A program made the position numbers and the translations under genes. From Mollicutes bacterium (GTDB lineage Bacteria; Bacillota_I; Bacilli_A; Izemoplasmatales; Izemoplasmataceae): a stretch of 64,000 nucleotides of DNA. The stretch spans positions 15,266 through 79,265 of the forward strand of contig PWYL01000070.1 of the NCBI GenBank assembly GCA_003568315.1, read 5' to 3'. The notes beneath the pieces were generated by a model that was given only the letters and a program-made list of their open reading frames with translations, had not been told where the DNA came from and searched no databases. Positions 9,204 through 16,821 of this stretch are shown here, in pieces. Every line of letters starts with the position of its first letter. Position 1 is the stretch's first letter.

Positions 9204-10061
9204 ATGAGCAAAATCGGTATCATCGCCTGCGGAAACTCGGGCATCGACTATCTCGACCATGACTACGACATCCGCGTCATCCGCTCCACTCTCATCTTCG
9301 GTGAGGAGGAATACGAAGATTTCGTCGACATCAAGGCCGAAGACTTCTACAACATGTTGAACGAGAAGCCGGAACTCCACCCCACCACGGCGCAAGCGGC
9401 CACAGGCGTCATCCTCGAACATTACGAAAAGATGAAAGAGGAAGGGTTCACCGACATCATCTTCATCACCATCTCGAGCGGACTCTCCGGCACCTATGAG
9501 GGGGCGAAAATCGCCTCGACCATGATCACCGGCGTGAACATCCAAGTCTTCGATTCGCTTTCCGTCTCCTATCCGCAAGCCTACATGACGCTTCGCGCCG
9601 CCGAGATGGCGAAGGAAGGCAAGAAGGTCACCGAAATCATCGACGAACTGGTCTGGATCCGCGAGCATCACGGCATCTTTGTTTCCGTGGACACCTTGAA
9701 GTATCTCGTCAAGAACGGCCGGCTCTCCGGCGCCCAAGGTTTCGTGGGCTCCCTACTGAAAGTCAAGCCGATGCTGCATCTCTCGCGGGATGGACGGATC
9801 GAGCCCGTCGAGAAGATCCGCACGCGGAAGAAAGCCATGCAACGCATGCTGGACAAGTTCGCCGCCGAAAGGAAAGAGAAGGACATCGAAGTGTTCATCG
9901 CCCACGCGAACGCCCATGATGTCTTGGAAGAAGTCCGCCAAGGGCTCTTGGAACGCCGTCCGGAACTCAAAGAAGTGAAGGACTATCCTTTGACCCCCGT
10001 CGTCGGCGCCCATGCCGGACCGGGCACCATCGCTATCGGTTGGATTGTCAAAAAGAAATGA
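9204..10061 (+). CDS. DegV family (FakB-like fatty-acid-binding) protein
   Basis: 285 aa. SD GGGAGG. ISSGLSGTY motif and overall DegV pattern. Confidence 0.9.
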   Translation: MSKIGIIACGNSGIDYLDHDYDIRVIRSTLIFGEEEYEDFVDIKAEDFYNMLNEKPELHPTTAQAATGVILEHYEKMKEEGFTDIIFITISSGLSGTYEGAKIASTMITGVNIQVFDSLSVSYPQAYMTLRAAEMAKEGKKVTEIIDELVWIREHHGIFVSVDTLKYLVKNGRLSGAQGFVGSLLKVKPMLHLSRDGRIEPVEKIRTRKKAMQRMLDKFAAERKEKDIEVFIAHANAHDVLEEVRQGLLERRPELKEVKDYPLTPVVGAHAGPGTIAIGWIVKKK

Positions 10062-10116
10062 AATTTCCCCACACATCCGTTATAATGGAATGATACGGGA
10101 AGAGGGAGGAAACAAG

Positions 10117-10557
10117 ATGGCGTCCACAGCAAAAAAAGTCATCAACGAATTGCTCGTTGAAGTGTTCAACCACATCCTCTCTATCGAGCAGGAACATCTG
10201 CGAAAAAGAGGCGTCGAACTCTCCATGAACGAGGTGCATGTGTTGGAAGCGGTGAAAAAGAGCGAGGAGGCGACGATGTCCAACATCGCGAAACGTCTCC
10301 GCGTCACTGTCGGCACCCTCACATCCTCGATCAACCGGCTGGTGAAGAAAGGCTATTGCGAACGCTACTCGAATCCCGAAGACAGACGTAAAGTCTTCAT
10401 CCGTCTCACCGACAAGGCGGAAGAAATGCTCAGAATCCATGACGACTTCCACGAAGAGATGATCGATGCGACCCTGGAGGATCTCGCGCTCGAGGAGAAT
10501 GAACTCCTGATCGAGTCGCTGGAGAAACTTTCCGCCTATTTCAAAGACAAATATTGA
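10117..10557 (+). CDS. MarR family transcriptional regulator, FabT-like
   Basis: ATG 10117 with GGGAGGA upstream; 146 aa. Winged-helix segment VTVGTLTSSINRLVKKGYCERYSNPEDRRKVFIRLT. By memory the N- and C-terminal pattern resembles streptococcal FabT. A FabT-type palindrome lies upstream of the preceding degV. Confidence 0.8.
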   Translation: MASTAKKVINELLVEVFNHILSIEQEHLRKRGVELSMNEVHVLEAVKKSEEATMSNIAKRLRVTVGTLTSSINRLVKKGYCERYSNPEDRRKVFIRLTDKAEEMLRIHDDFHEEMIDATLEDLALEENELLIESLEKLSAYFKDKY

Positions 10558-10582
10558 ATCCCACCGCGGGGTGAGACAGTTG

Positions 10583-10912
10583 ATGATAAGCTCCGATGTC
10601 CTGCGCGGCCATCTGGAAACACTCGTTTTGAAACTCGTCACCGAAAAAGACCGCTACGGATATGAAATCGCCAAAGAGATCAAAAGCCGCACGGACGGCC
10701 GTTTCGAAATGAAAGAGGCGACGCTCTATTCGACGGTGCAGCGCCTCGAGAGGAACAAACTCATCACCTCCTACATCGGCGAGAAGAGCCACGGAGGTAA
10801 GCGGCGCTATTATCGCATCACAACCCTCGGCAGCGCCTATCTCAAGGAAAAAGAGAAAGAGTGGCACCACCTGCAAGACATCATGGGCATCTTCATGGAG
10901 GATAAATCATGA
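10583..10912 (+). CDS. PadR family transcriptional regulator
   Basis: ATG 10583; 109 aa. LRGHLETLVLKLV...YGYEI...ATLYSTVQRLERNKLI. Confidence 0.85.
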   Translation: MISSDVLRGHLETLVLKLVTEKDRYGYEIAKEIKSRTDGRFEMKEATLYSTVQRLERNKLITSYIGEKSHGGKRRYYRITTLGSAYLKEKEKEWHHLQDIMGIFMEDKS

Positions 10913-11343
10913 AAAGGATCGAGAAATTCGCCAAGGACGTGTTCCACCATGCCCCGACCCCGGAAGAAAGCCATGAACAACTCGCGGAGATGCTCAAGGA
11001 GAAGGTCGAGGATCTCAAGGAGCAGGGTTTGACGGAAGTCGAGGCCATCGACAAGACCATCGAGGAGTTCGGCGACGCCGAGGACTATCACGATCCCTCG
11101 ATCGATAAAGAGAAACGGCGTCACCTCCGCATGCGAATCCTCATCAAGAACAAGAACGCCCTTCTTTTCTCGGCGCTTTCTTCCGCGCTCATCATCGGCA
11201 TCCTCGTCCTCGTCAACTTCGTGCTCTTTTCCGACCATGAACACCTCGGACGTCCCTGGTCGCTCATCGTCGCCTTGGGTGTGTTGTTTTGGCCATTGAG
11301 CCTGCTATACAAATTTTTGAATAGAAAAGGAGAGTTGTCATGA
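10909..11343 (+). CDS. PadR-associated membrane protein (helical N-terminal domain plus 2 TM)
   Basis: ATGA overlap with padR; SD GGAGGA; 144 aa. Acidic helical N-terminus, then two hydrophobic helices. Confidence 0.55.
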   Translation: MKRIEKFAKDVFHHAPTPEESHEQLAEMLKEKVEDLKEQGLTEVEAIDKTIEEFGDAEDYHDPSIDKEKRRHLRMRILIKNKNALLFSALSSALIIGILVLVNFVLFSDHEHLGRPWSLIVALGVLFWPLSLLYKFLNRKGELS

Positions 11344-12212
11344 AAAAAACGGCTGTCATAGCTGTGAGCACGGGCTGTCTCGACTACTTGGACCTTGCCC
11401 ACGAGAACCTCTTCATCATCCGCTGCAAGATTATCATGGGTGACAAAACCTATGACGACTTCGTGGACTTGAACGCTGGCGACTTCTACTCGGCTTTGAA
11501 GAACGACCAGAACCTCGTTCCCACGAGTTCCATGCCGTCTCTCGGGGAAATCAGCGAGACCTTGGAGACCATCGAGGAGAAAGGCTACGAAGAGGTCATC
11601 ATCAACACCATCTCGAGCCAACTCTCCGGCACCTATCAGACCTGCGAGATGGCCAAACGCTCGTATGAGGGAAAACTCGAGATCCATCTTGTCGACACAC
11701 TGAACGCCGCCATCAGCGAGGGATTCCTCTCTTTGGAGACGCTCCGGCTCATCGAGGAAGGAAAGACCGCCAAGGAGATCGTCCCCTATCTCGAGCGTTT
11801 GCGCACGGCGCGGACGCAGTTCTTCATGGTCGACAATCTGCGGCTTCTCGTCAAGAACGGCCGTCTTTCCGGCGCGAGCGGATTTTTGGGACGCATCCTC
11901 AAGATCAAGCCCATCCTCAAGGTGAACGACGAAGGCAAAATCGTCCCTCATGAAAAAATCCGCACCCAGAAAAAATCCCTTGAACGCATGGTCGACCTCA
12001 TCCTTGAAGAGTTGAAGGGGTTGGACAATTTCGCGATCATGTACAACACTTCCGACAACAAGGAAGGTTTCGAGTACGTGAAAAAACGCATCGACGCCAT
12101 CCACCCCAAAAACAAGAACTACGCGGCCCCCATCACCCCGGTCATCGGCGCCCACACCGGCACCGGCACCGTCGGGGTGGCCTGCTTCGATCTGGATGCC
12201 GCCAAAGAGTAG
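11340..12212 (+). CDS. DegV family (FakB-like) protein, second copy
   Basis: ATGA overlap with the upstream gene; 290 aa. ISSQLSGTY motif. Confidence 0.9.
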   Translation: MKKTAVIAVSTGCLDYLDLAHENLFIIRCKIIMGDKTYDDFVDLNAGDFYSALKNDQNLVPTSSMPSLGEISETLETIEEKGYEEVIINTISSQLSGTYQTCEMAKRSYEGKLEIHLVDTLNAAISEGFLSLETLRLIEEGKTAKEIVPYLERLRTARTQFFMVDNLRLLVKNGRLSGASGFLGRILKIKPILKVNDEGKIVPHEKIRTQKKSLERMVDLILEELKGLDNFAIMYNTSDNKEGFEYVKKRIDAIHPKNKNYAAPITPVIGAHTGTGTVGVACFDLDAAKE

Positions 12213-12220
12213 TCCATAAA

Positions 12221-12250
12221 AGGAGGATGGGGCCCATCCTCCTTTTTTCT
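12221..12250 (+). terminator. Intrinsic terminator after degV (second copy)
   Basis: 10-bp stem AGGAGGATGG/CCATCCTCCT followed by a T run. Confidence 0.8.
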
Positions 12251-12262
12251 CGCCCCTTTTCC

Positions 12263-12291
12263 TTGCCCGCAAGGGGGGGGCGTGTTACACT
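12263..12291 (+). promoter_or_regulatory. Promoter of the Gx transporter gene
   Basis: TTGCCC, 17-nt spacer, TG-extended TACACT. Confidence 0.45.
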
Positions 12292-12326
12292 ACTACCGCT
12301 GAAAACATGACAAAGAGGAATCCCCT

Positions 12327-12854
12327 ATGAAGCGTGACACCCGCCGGCTCGTGTTGCTGGCCATATTGCTCGCGGTATCGATCGTCTTGAACATCGTCGA
12401 GCGCCTCGTCCTCATGGGTTTCACCGGTCTCCCCATGGTGCGGCTCGGGCTCGCGAACGTCGTCGTGCTCATCCTGCTCTACGTCCATTCACCGAAGGAC
12501 GCGTTTTTGGTGCTCATCCTCAGGATACTCGTCGTCGGTTTCCTCGCCCCCGGCAGCACAATCATCACGTTCCTCCTTTCCCTTTCGGGCGGACTCGCCG
12601 CGTTCTTGGCCATGTATGCTTTGAAAACCACCGGTCGTTTCACCATCGTCAGCGTGAGTGTGGCCGGCGCCTTCTTCCATGCCGTGGGCCAGATTCTCAT
12701 GGCGATGTTCATCCTCGCGACGGAAGAGGTCATCTTCATCTTGCCGATCTTTTTGGCGCTCTCCGTCCCGACCGGCATCCTCACCGGTCTCATCGCCAAA
12801 AAGTCGGTGGAAACCATCAAAGAGAAATTGCGAGCTTACAGTCATGATGAATGA
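12327..12854 (+). CDS. Gx transporter family membrane protein (heptaprenyl diphosphate synthase component I-like family)
   Basis: 175 aa, about 5 TM. LGLANVVVL...SLSGGLAAF...VSVAGAFFHAVGQIL matches the family pattern. Confidence 0.75.
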   Translation: MKRDTRRLVLLAILLAVSIVLNIVERLVLMGFTGLPMVRLGLANVVVLILLYVHSPKDAFLVLILRILVVGFLAPGSTIITFLLSLSGGLAAFLAMYALKTTGRFTIVSVSVAGAFFHAVGQILMAMFILATEEVIFILPIFLALSVPTGILTGLIAKKSVETIKEKLRAYSHDE

Positions 12855-12882
12855 AAAAACTCCCGGTCGGGAGTTTTTTTTG
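12854..12882. terminator. Bidirectional terminator between the Gx transporter gene and apbE
   Basis: A run, CTCCC-ggtc-GGGAG hairpin, T run. Confidence 0.7.
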
Positions 12883-12933
12883 ATTGTTCCCATACAAGGA
12901 AGCCCGGAGCGCTTGCAAGGCCGAGGGCCAATC

Positions 12934-14208
12934 TCAGACGGGCTTTATGAAAATCAATGCCACGGCCCCCGCGAGAAGGAGCGCTCCGCCACCCACCACG
13001 ATCGGCACGATGCAGGGGGAACGATCATCGATGTCTTGCGGCGTGTGGTTTTTGAAATATTCGGCCGTGAAACCGGGAGTCGTGAGAATACGGTCATGGT
13101 TCGTGTAATAGAGGGCCTCCATTCCTTCGAGTCCTTCCACATACGCCAAGGATTCCTCGATCGGCATGAGGTAGGCCGCCGTGACGAGGATGTCGCCCGC
13201 CAAAGGGTCATCCGTCGTCATCCAGACACCGAGGGGATACTCCTCGCCCCGTCTACAGAGCAGCCGATCGATAAACGGGTTGCCTTGCGCTTCCGTCTCG
13301 AGCGTGCCCGTCGGATAGAGGGTGTAGGGGTCGATGAGGTGGTGGTAGCGCACCCCGTCGACATCGAAATAGCGCTCATAATTGCCGCTGGAGACGATCG
13401 AATCGCCATCTTCGAGAAAGACCCTGGCGAAATATTCGCTTTCGCCCCGGAGGATGGACCAGAAATCGGGCTCGAAGGTCGGGTCGATCACATCGATGAC
13501 CCATAGATCGTCATCGGTCCGCGGATTCTCTCCATACACCTCGATGTTCGAGTTGCCGGCGTTCAGGATGAAAGCCTCGACATGCGGGGCGTCCTTCAGG
13601 TATTCTGCGGCATGTTTCGCGGCATAGCCTTTGGCGATGCCGCCCAGATCGAGACTCATGCCCTCCTCGATTTTCACCGTCAGTTCGTCTTCATCCAGCG
13701 TGATACCCTTGATGTCGGTGTGTTCATCCGCCGCCTCGAGCTCTTCGCGAGTGGGAAGAACGTCCTCGGACAGCTCGCAATGGAGCCCTTCGCAAAGGTC
13801 TAACCGCTCTTGCCAGATATCGATGACGGGACCGAGGGCGATGTTGAAATAGCCGTGCGTCAGATCATGATACTCCTCACCCACGGCTATCATCTCGAAA
13901 AGCCTCGCATCGACCTCGTGGGGGTGGGAAGGATTTTCGTTGATGGTCTTCACGTTGGTGATACCCTCATAGCTCTCGAAACGGTCGGCGAGCTTGTGGA
14001 TCTCGGAAAGAAGGGTCTTTAGACCCTCGAGAACCGTTTCGGGGTCCCCTTCCGGCGCGGTGTGGAAGACGACCTCGATCGTCGTGTCGAAATACTGTGT
14101 GTAGATCCTTTCGTTCCTCGCCAAGTCGCTTTCCGCATCAAGCGTCGTGCGCAAAGGAAAAAGGACGAAGACAATTGTCAAAACAACCAAAAAGAGACGG
14201 GCTTTCAT
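12934..14208 (-). CDS. apbE: FAD:protein FMN transferase (ApbE family), exported and membrane-anchored
   Basis: Start moved to ATG 14208 for better SD spacing than 14214. Signal-like N-terminus. LDLGGIAKGYAA and SSGNYERYF...YHHLIDPYT motifs. C-terminal hydrophobic helix. Confidence 0.85.
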   Translation of the reverse strand: MKARLFLVVLTIVFVLFPLRTTLDAESDLARNERIYTQYFDTTIEVVFHTAPEGDPETVLEGLKTLLSEIHKLADRFESYEGITNVKTINENPSHPHEVDARLFEMIAVGEEYHDLTHGYFNIALGPVIDIWQERLDLCEGLHCELSEDVLPTREELEAADEHTDIKGITLDEDELTVKIEEGMSLDLGGIAKGYAAKHAAEYLKDAPHVEAFILNAGNSNIEVYGENPRTDDDLWVIDVIDPTFEPDFWSILRGESEYFARVFLEDGDSIVSSGNYERYFDVDGVRYHHLIDPYTLYPTGTLETEAQGNPFIDRLLCRRGEEYPLGVWMTTDDPLAGDILVTAAYLMPIEESLAYVEGLEGMEALYYTNHDRILTTPGFTAEYFKNHTPQDIDDRSPCIVPIVVGGGALLLAGAVALIFIKPV

Positions 14209-14234
14209 GTGCATCCTTCCTTCCGGCTACCGTC

Positions 14235-14243
14235 ATTATACCA
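14235..14243 (-). promoter_or_regulatory. Extended -10 box of apbE
   Basis: Minus strand reads TGGTATAAT about 20 nt upstream of the SD. Confidence 0.45.
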
Positions 14244-14274
14244 TAAAGGACTAAGAGGTTCCCAGGTCGCAAAA

Positions 14275-14302
14275 CAGAAAAAAGGGGGCAAAAAAGCCCC
14301 CT
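14275..14302 (-). terminator. Terminator after the FMN-binding lipoprotein gene
   Basis: Minus strand reads GGGGGC-tttttt-GCCCCC followed by TTTTTT. Confidence 0.7.
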
Positions 14303-14310
14303 GCATGTAG

Positions 14311-15177
14311 TCAATCCAAAGCGTCGGCGACCGCATCCAGATAGTTTTGGACCCGGACGGTGACACCGCTGACGGCGTCGGCGGCATCGGTGAGCCTGCC
14401 GTTGTCGAGATCGTAATCGATCTCACCCTGGTTGGCCACGATGTCGGCAGCGAGCATGTCGACCTGCTCGACCCAGAGATAGTCGTCATCTTCGCTCATG
14501 ATATAATCCAGACCGTGATTGAGCGTGCGCTTGGTCACAACGTCATCATTGCCCCGATAACCCGAGTCGATCTTGATGTGTTCGATGTGGCCGCTTTCGT
14601 TCACGGCGACGACGGCATAGTCGTAACTGCCGTCATCGGCGAGACTCGTGCCGAAGAGGATGCCGCTCGTGTAGGCGCCATCACCCGCGAATGCGGGCAC
14701 ATCGAAATCGGCGGGGCTTTCGCCTTCGGCGAGGCGGGCCCTTCCAAGGGCGTTCTCGAGAGCCGTGACATAGTTGCTCACGCGCACGGTGACGCCGGAT
14801 ACGGCATCGGCGGGATCGACGAGACGACCCTCATCGAGTTCATAGTCGAACATGCCCTGGGTTTCGACGACATATCGGGCGAGCATGTCGACTTGTTCCA
14901 CCCAGAGGTAATCGCCGCTGCCGCTCATCCCATAGTCTTCACCGCCGTTAAAATGACGCTTGGTGACTATTGTCTCGTCATCTTCATAGACGGAATCGAT
15001 GATCGCATCCCGGATGAAGCCGTCGGCATCGACATGGATGTAGGCGAGTGCCGGTTGGTCCCCTTCCGAATAGCCCAGATGCAGACCGGGCCGGTATTCG
15101 CCTTCCTCGGTGACGTCGCAGGCCGCGACGGTGAGTACGCTGAAAGCGACTATCATGGTGAGTAATGCTTTTTTCAT
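14311..15177 (-). CDS. Lipoprotein with two tandem FMN-binding-type domains (PplA-like)
   Basis: ATG 15177 with GGGAGGA 6 nt upstream. Signal peptide ending in lipobox TVAAC. Two ~125-aa repeats, each ending in DAVSGVTVRV. Very acidic. Confidence 0.75.
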   Translation of the reverse strand: MKKALLTMIVAFSVLTVAACDVTEEGEYRPGLHLGYSEGDQPALAYIHVDADGFIRDAIIDSVYEDDETIVTKRHFNGGEDYGMSGSGDYLWVEQVDMLARYVVETQGMFDYELDEGRLVDPADAVSGVTVRVSNYVTALENALGRARLAEGESPADFDVPAFAGDGAYTSGILFGTSLADDGSYDYAVVAVNESGHIEHIKIDSGYRGNDDVVTKRTLNHGLDYIMSEDDDYLWVEQVDMLAADIVANQGEIDYDLDNGRLTDAADAVSGVTVRVQNYLDAVADALD

Positions 15178-15394
15178 GTTGAATCCTCCCATGGATTATT
15201 TGTGATATCATCATGCTTGCCATTGCTTGGCAAGTCTTCAAAAATTATAGAAGGTATTGGATGATATGTCAAAAGATGTACAAGAAAAAAACACTCACCG
15301 GCCAAGTTGCGATAAGAGGCGGGAATGTTGCGTGAGGGGTGTGTTTTCGGTTATACTGTCTTTGGAGAAACGGCAAAGAAAAGGGGGCGGGACC

Positions 15395-15883
15395 ATGAAG
15401 AGAAATGACATCGTGCTCATCGCGATACTTCTTGTTGTGGCGCTCTCCGCCCTTTTTGCCGTTCGCGTCCTCCAAGATGGGACGCGTTTCGACGACGGCA
15501 CGGCCGTCGTCTATCACAAAGGCCGGCTCGTGTTGAGTATCGCTCTCGTCGACGGAAGCGAAGAATTGCACGATGATGATGTCTTCGTCGCCACCGACAT
15601 CGAAAACGTGAACGAGCTTCTCGCCATCCATTTCGACGGAAGGGAGATTTCCGCCGAAGAGGCCGGCGAGGGCCGCTTCTACATCGTCCCCGGCAACAAC
15701 GGCCCCGTCACCATCCGCTACCGCGACCACATGGTCGAGGTCATCGACGAGACGAGCCCCCGGAACATCTGTCAACACCAAGGACAAACGAATTCCCCGT
15801 TCAAACCGCTCACCTGTCTTCCCAACGACGTCGTGATCCGCATCCTGCGTCCCGGCGAAGAAAGCGACGGCAGTATCCGCTAG
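15395..15883 (+). CDS. NusG domain II-containing membrane-anchored protein
   Basis: ATG 15395; 162 aa. N-terminal TM helix. C-terminal ...NICQHQG...LTCLPNDVVIRI pattern of the NusG_II (DUF1312) family. Confidence 0.7.
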   Translation: MKRNDIVLIAILLVVALSALFAVRVLQDGTRFDDGTAVVYHKGRLVLSIALVDGSEELHDDDVFVATDIENVNELLAIHFDGREISAEEAGEGRFYIVPGNNGPVTIRYRDHMVEVIDETSPRNICQHQGQTNSPFKPLTCLPNDVVIRILRPGEESDGSIR

Positions 15884-15893
15884 GAGGTGTCTC

Positions 15894-16118
15894 ATGGCCG
15901 TACAACAACTCCTCGACATTTTCGAAGTGCTGTTCTTTTTCCTCATTCTCGCAGTGACCTTCAAGGCTTTCATGCGTCTTGATATCACCAAGCATTTCCA
16001 AAAGGGGGCAATCTGGCAGATACAGATTGTCTACATCTTCACGAGCATCGCGCTTTCCTATCTCGTGCTGAAGGCGTTCATGAATCTGATCGAGCTCTTC
16101 CAGCGCCTTTTCAACTGA
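15894..16118 (+). CDS. Small 2-TM membrane protein (DUF1146/YwzB-like)
   Basis: 74 aa; SD AGGAGG; two hydrophobic helices. Confidence 0.45.
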   Translation: MAVQQLLDIFEVLFFFLILAVTFKAFMRLDITKHFQKGAIWQIQIVYIFTSIALSYLVLKAFMNLIELFQRLFN

Positions 16119-16135
16119 AAGAGGAAGATTCGTTC

Positions 16136-16732
16136 CTATCGCGAAGGAGTGGCCACGGCCGCTCCTTTCGTCTTGTCGCGGAGTTCTTCGAGGAAGGACT
16201 CTTCCTTCGCCGCATCGAACTCGACGATGAAGACCACGCCCGTTTCGGTGTAATCGCGGGAGAGGATTCTCGCAACCTTCTGCAAGAAATCCTCGATTCT
16301 TCCGCCCTGGCCGAAGTCCAAAGCGATACGGTAGCGTATCATGGTCCGTATGTCTTGCAGCTTCGCCTTTTCGACACACGAAGAGGCGCCCTTCTTGTAG
16401 GCGCGCACGAGTCCGCCCGCCCCCATTTTCACACCGCCGTAGTAGCGGGTGACGACACAAATCACATTCGTGAGCTCGTTTTTCCGTAGCACTTCGAGGA
16501 TGGGGAATCCCGCCGTTTGCGAAGGCTCGCCGTCATCGTCGAAACGCTTGATCGCACCGCTCTCACCGATGATATAGGCGAAACAGTTGTGGGACGCATT
16601 CTTGTGGGTCGCGCGGATGCCTTCGAGCACGGATTTCGCTTCGTCTTCGCTTTCAACAGGACAAAGGACGGAGACGAATTCCGAACGTTTCTCCGTGAAA
16701 GCCGTTTCCACCCGTTCTTTCACACTTTTCAT
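16136..16732 (-). CDS. yigZ: YigZ family (IMPACT N-terminal domain) protein
   Basis: 198 aa. SHNCFAYI and DDGEPSQTAG.PIL motifs. Confidence 0.85.
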   Translation of the reverse strand: MKSVKERVETAFTEKRSEFVSVLCPVESEDEAKSVLEGIRATHKNASHNCFAYIIGESGAIKRFDDDGEPSQTAGFPILEVLRKNELTNVICVVTRYYGGVKMGAGGLVRAYKKGASSCVEKAKLQDIRTMIRYRIALDFGQGGRIEDFLQKVARILSRDYTETGVVFIVEFDAAKEESFLEELRDKTKGAAVATPSR

Positions 16733-16821
16733 GCGGTCACCCCCTTATCTAACATCATAGCAAATTTTGTCCGAAAACGGGCCTTATCATGGAAAAAACC
16801 GTCCTTGTATAGTATAATCCT

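Noticed and set aside
15257-15394. 46-codon N-terminal extension of the NusG-II ORF in the track
   Set aside because: The extension is Cys/Arg-rich and has no SD. The internal ATG at 15395 follows a G-rich SD-like stretch (AAGGGGG) and begins a typical N-terminal TM anchor.
12213-15394. Looked for an FMN riboswitch or other riboswitch in the leaders of the Gx transporter, apbE, lipoprotein and NusG-II genes
   Set aside because: The leaders are short (under about 60 nt after the predicted promoters), and I could not find the conserved FMN-element core sequences.
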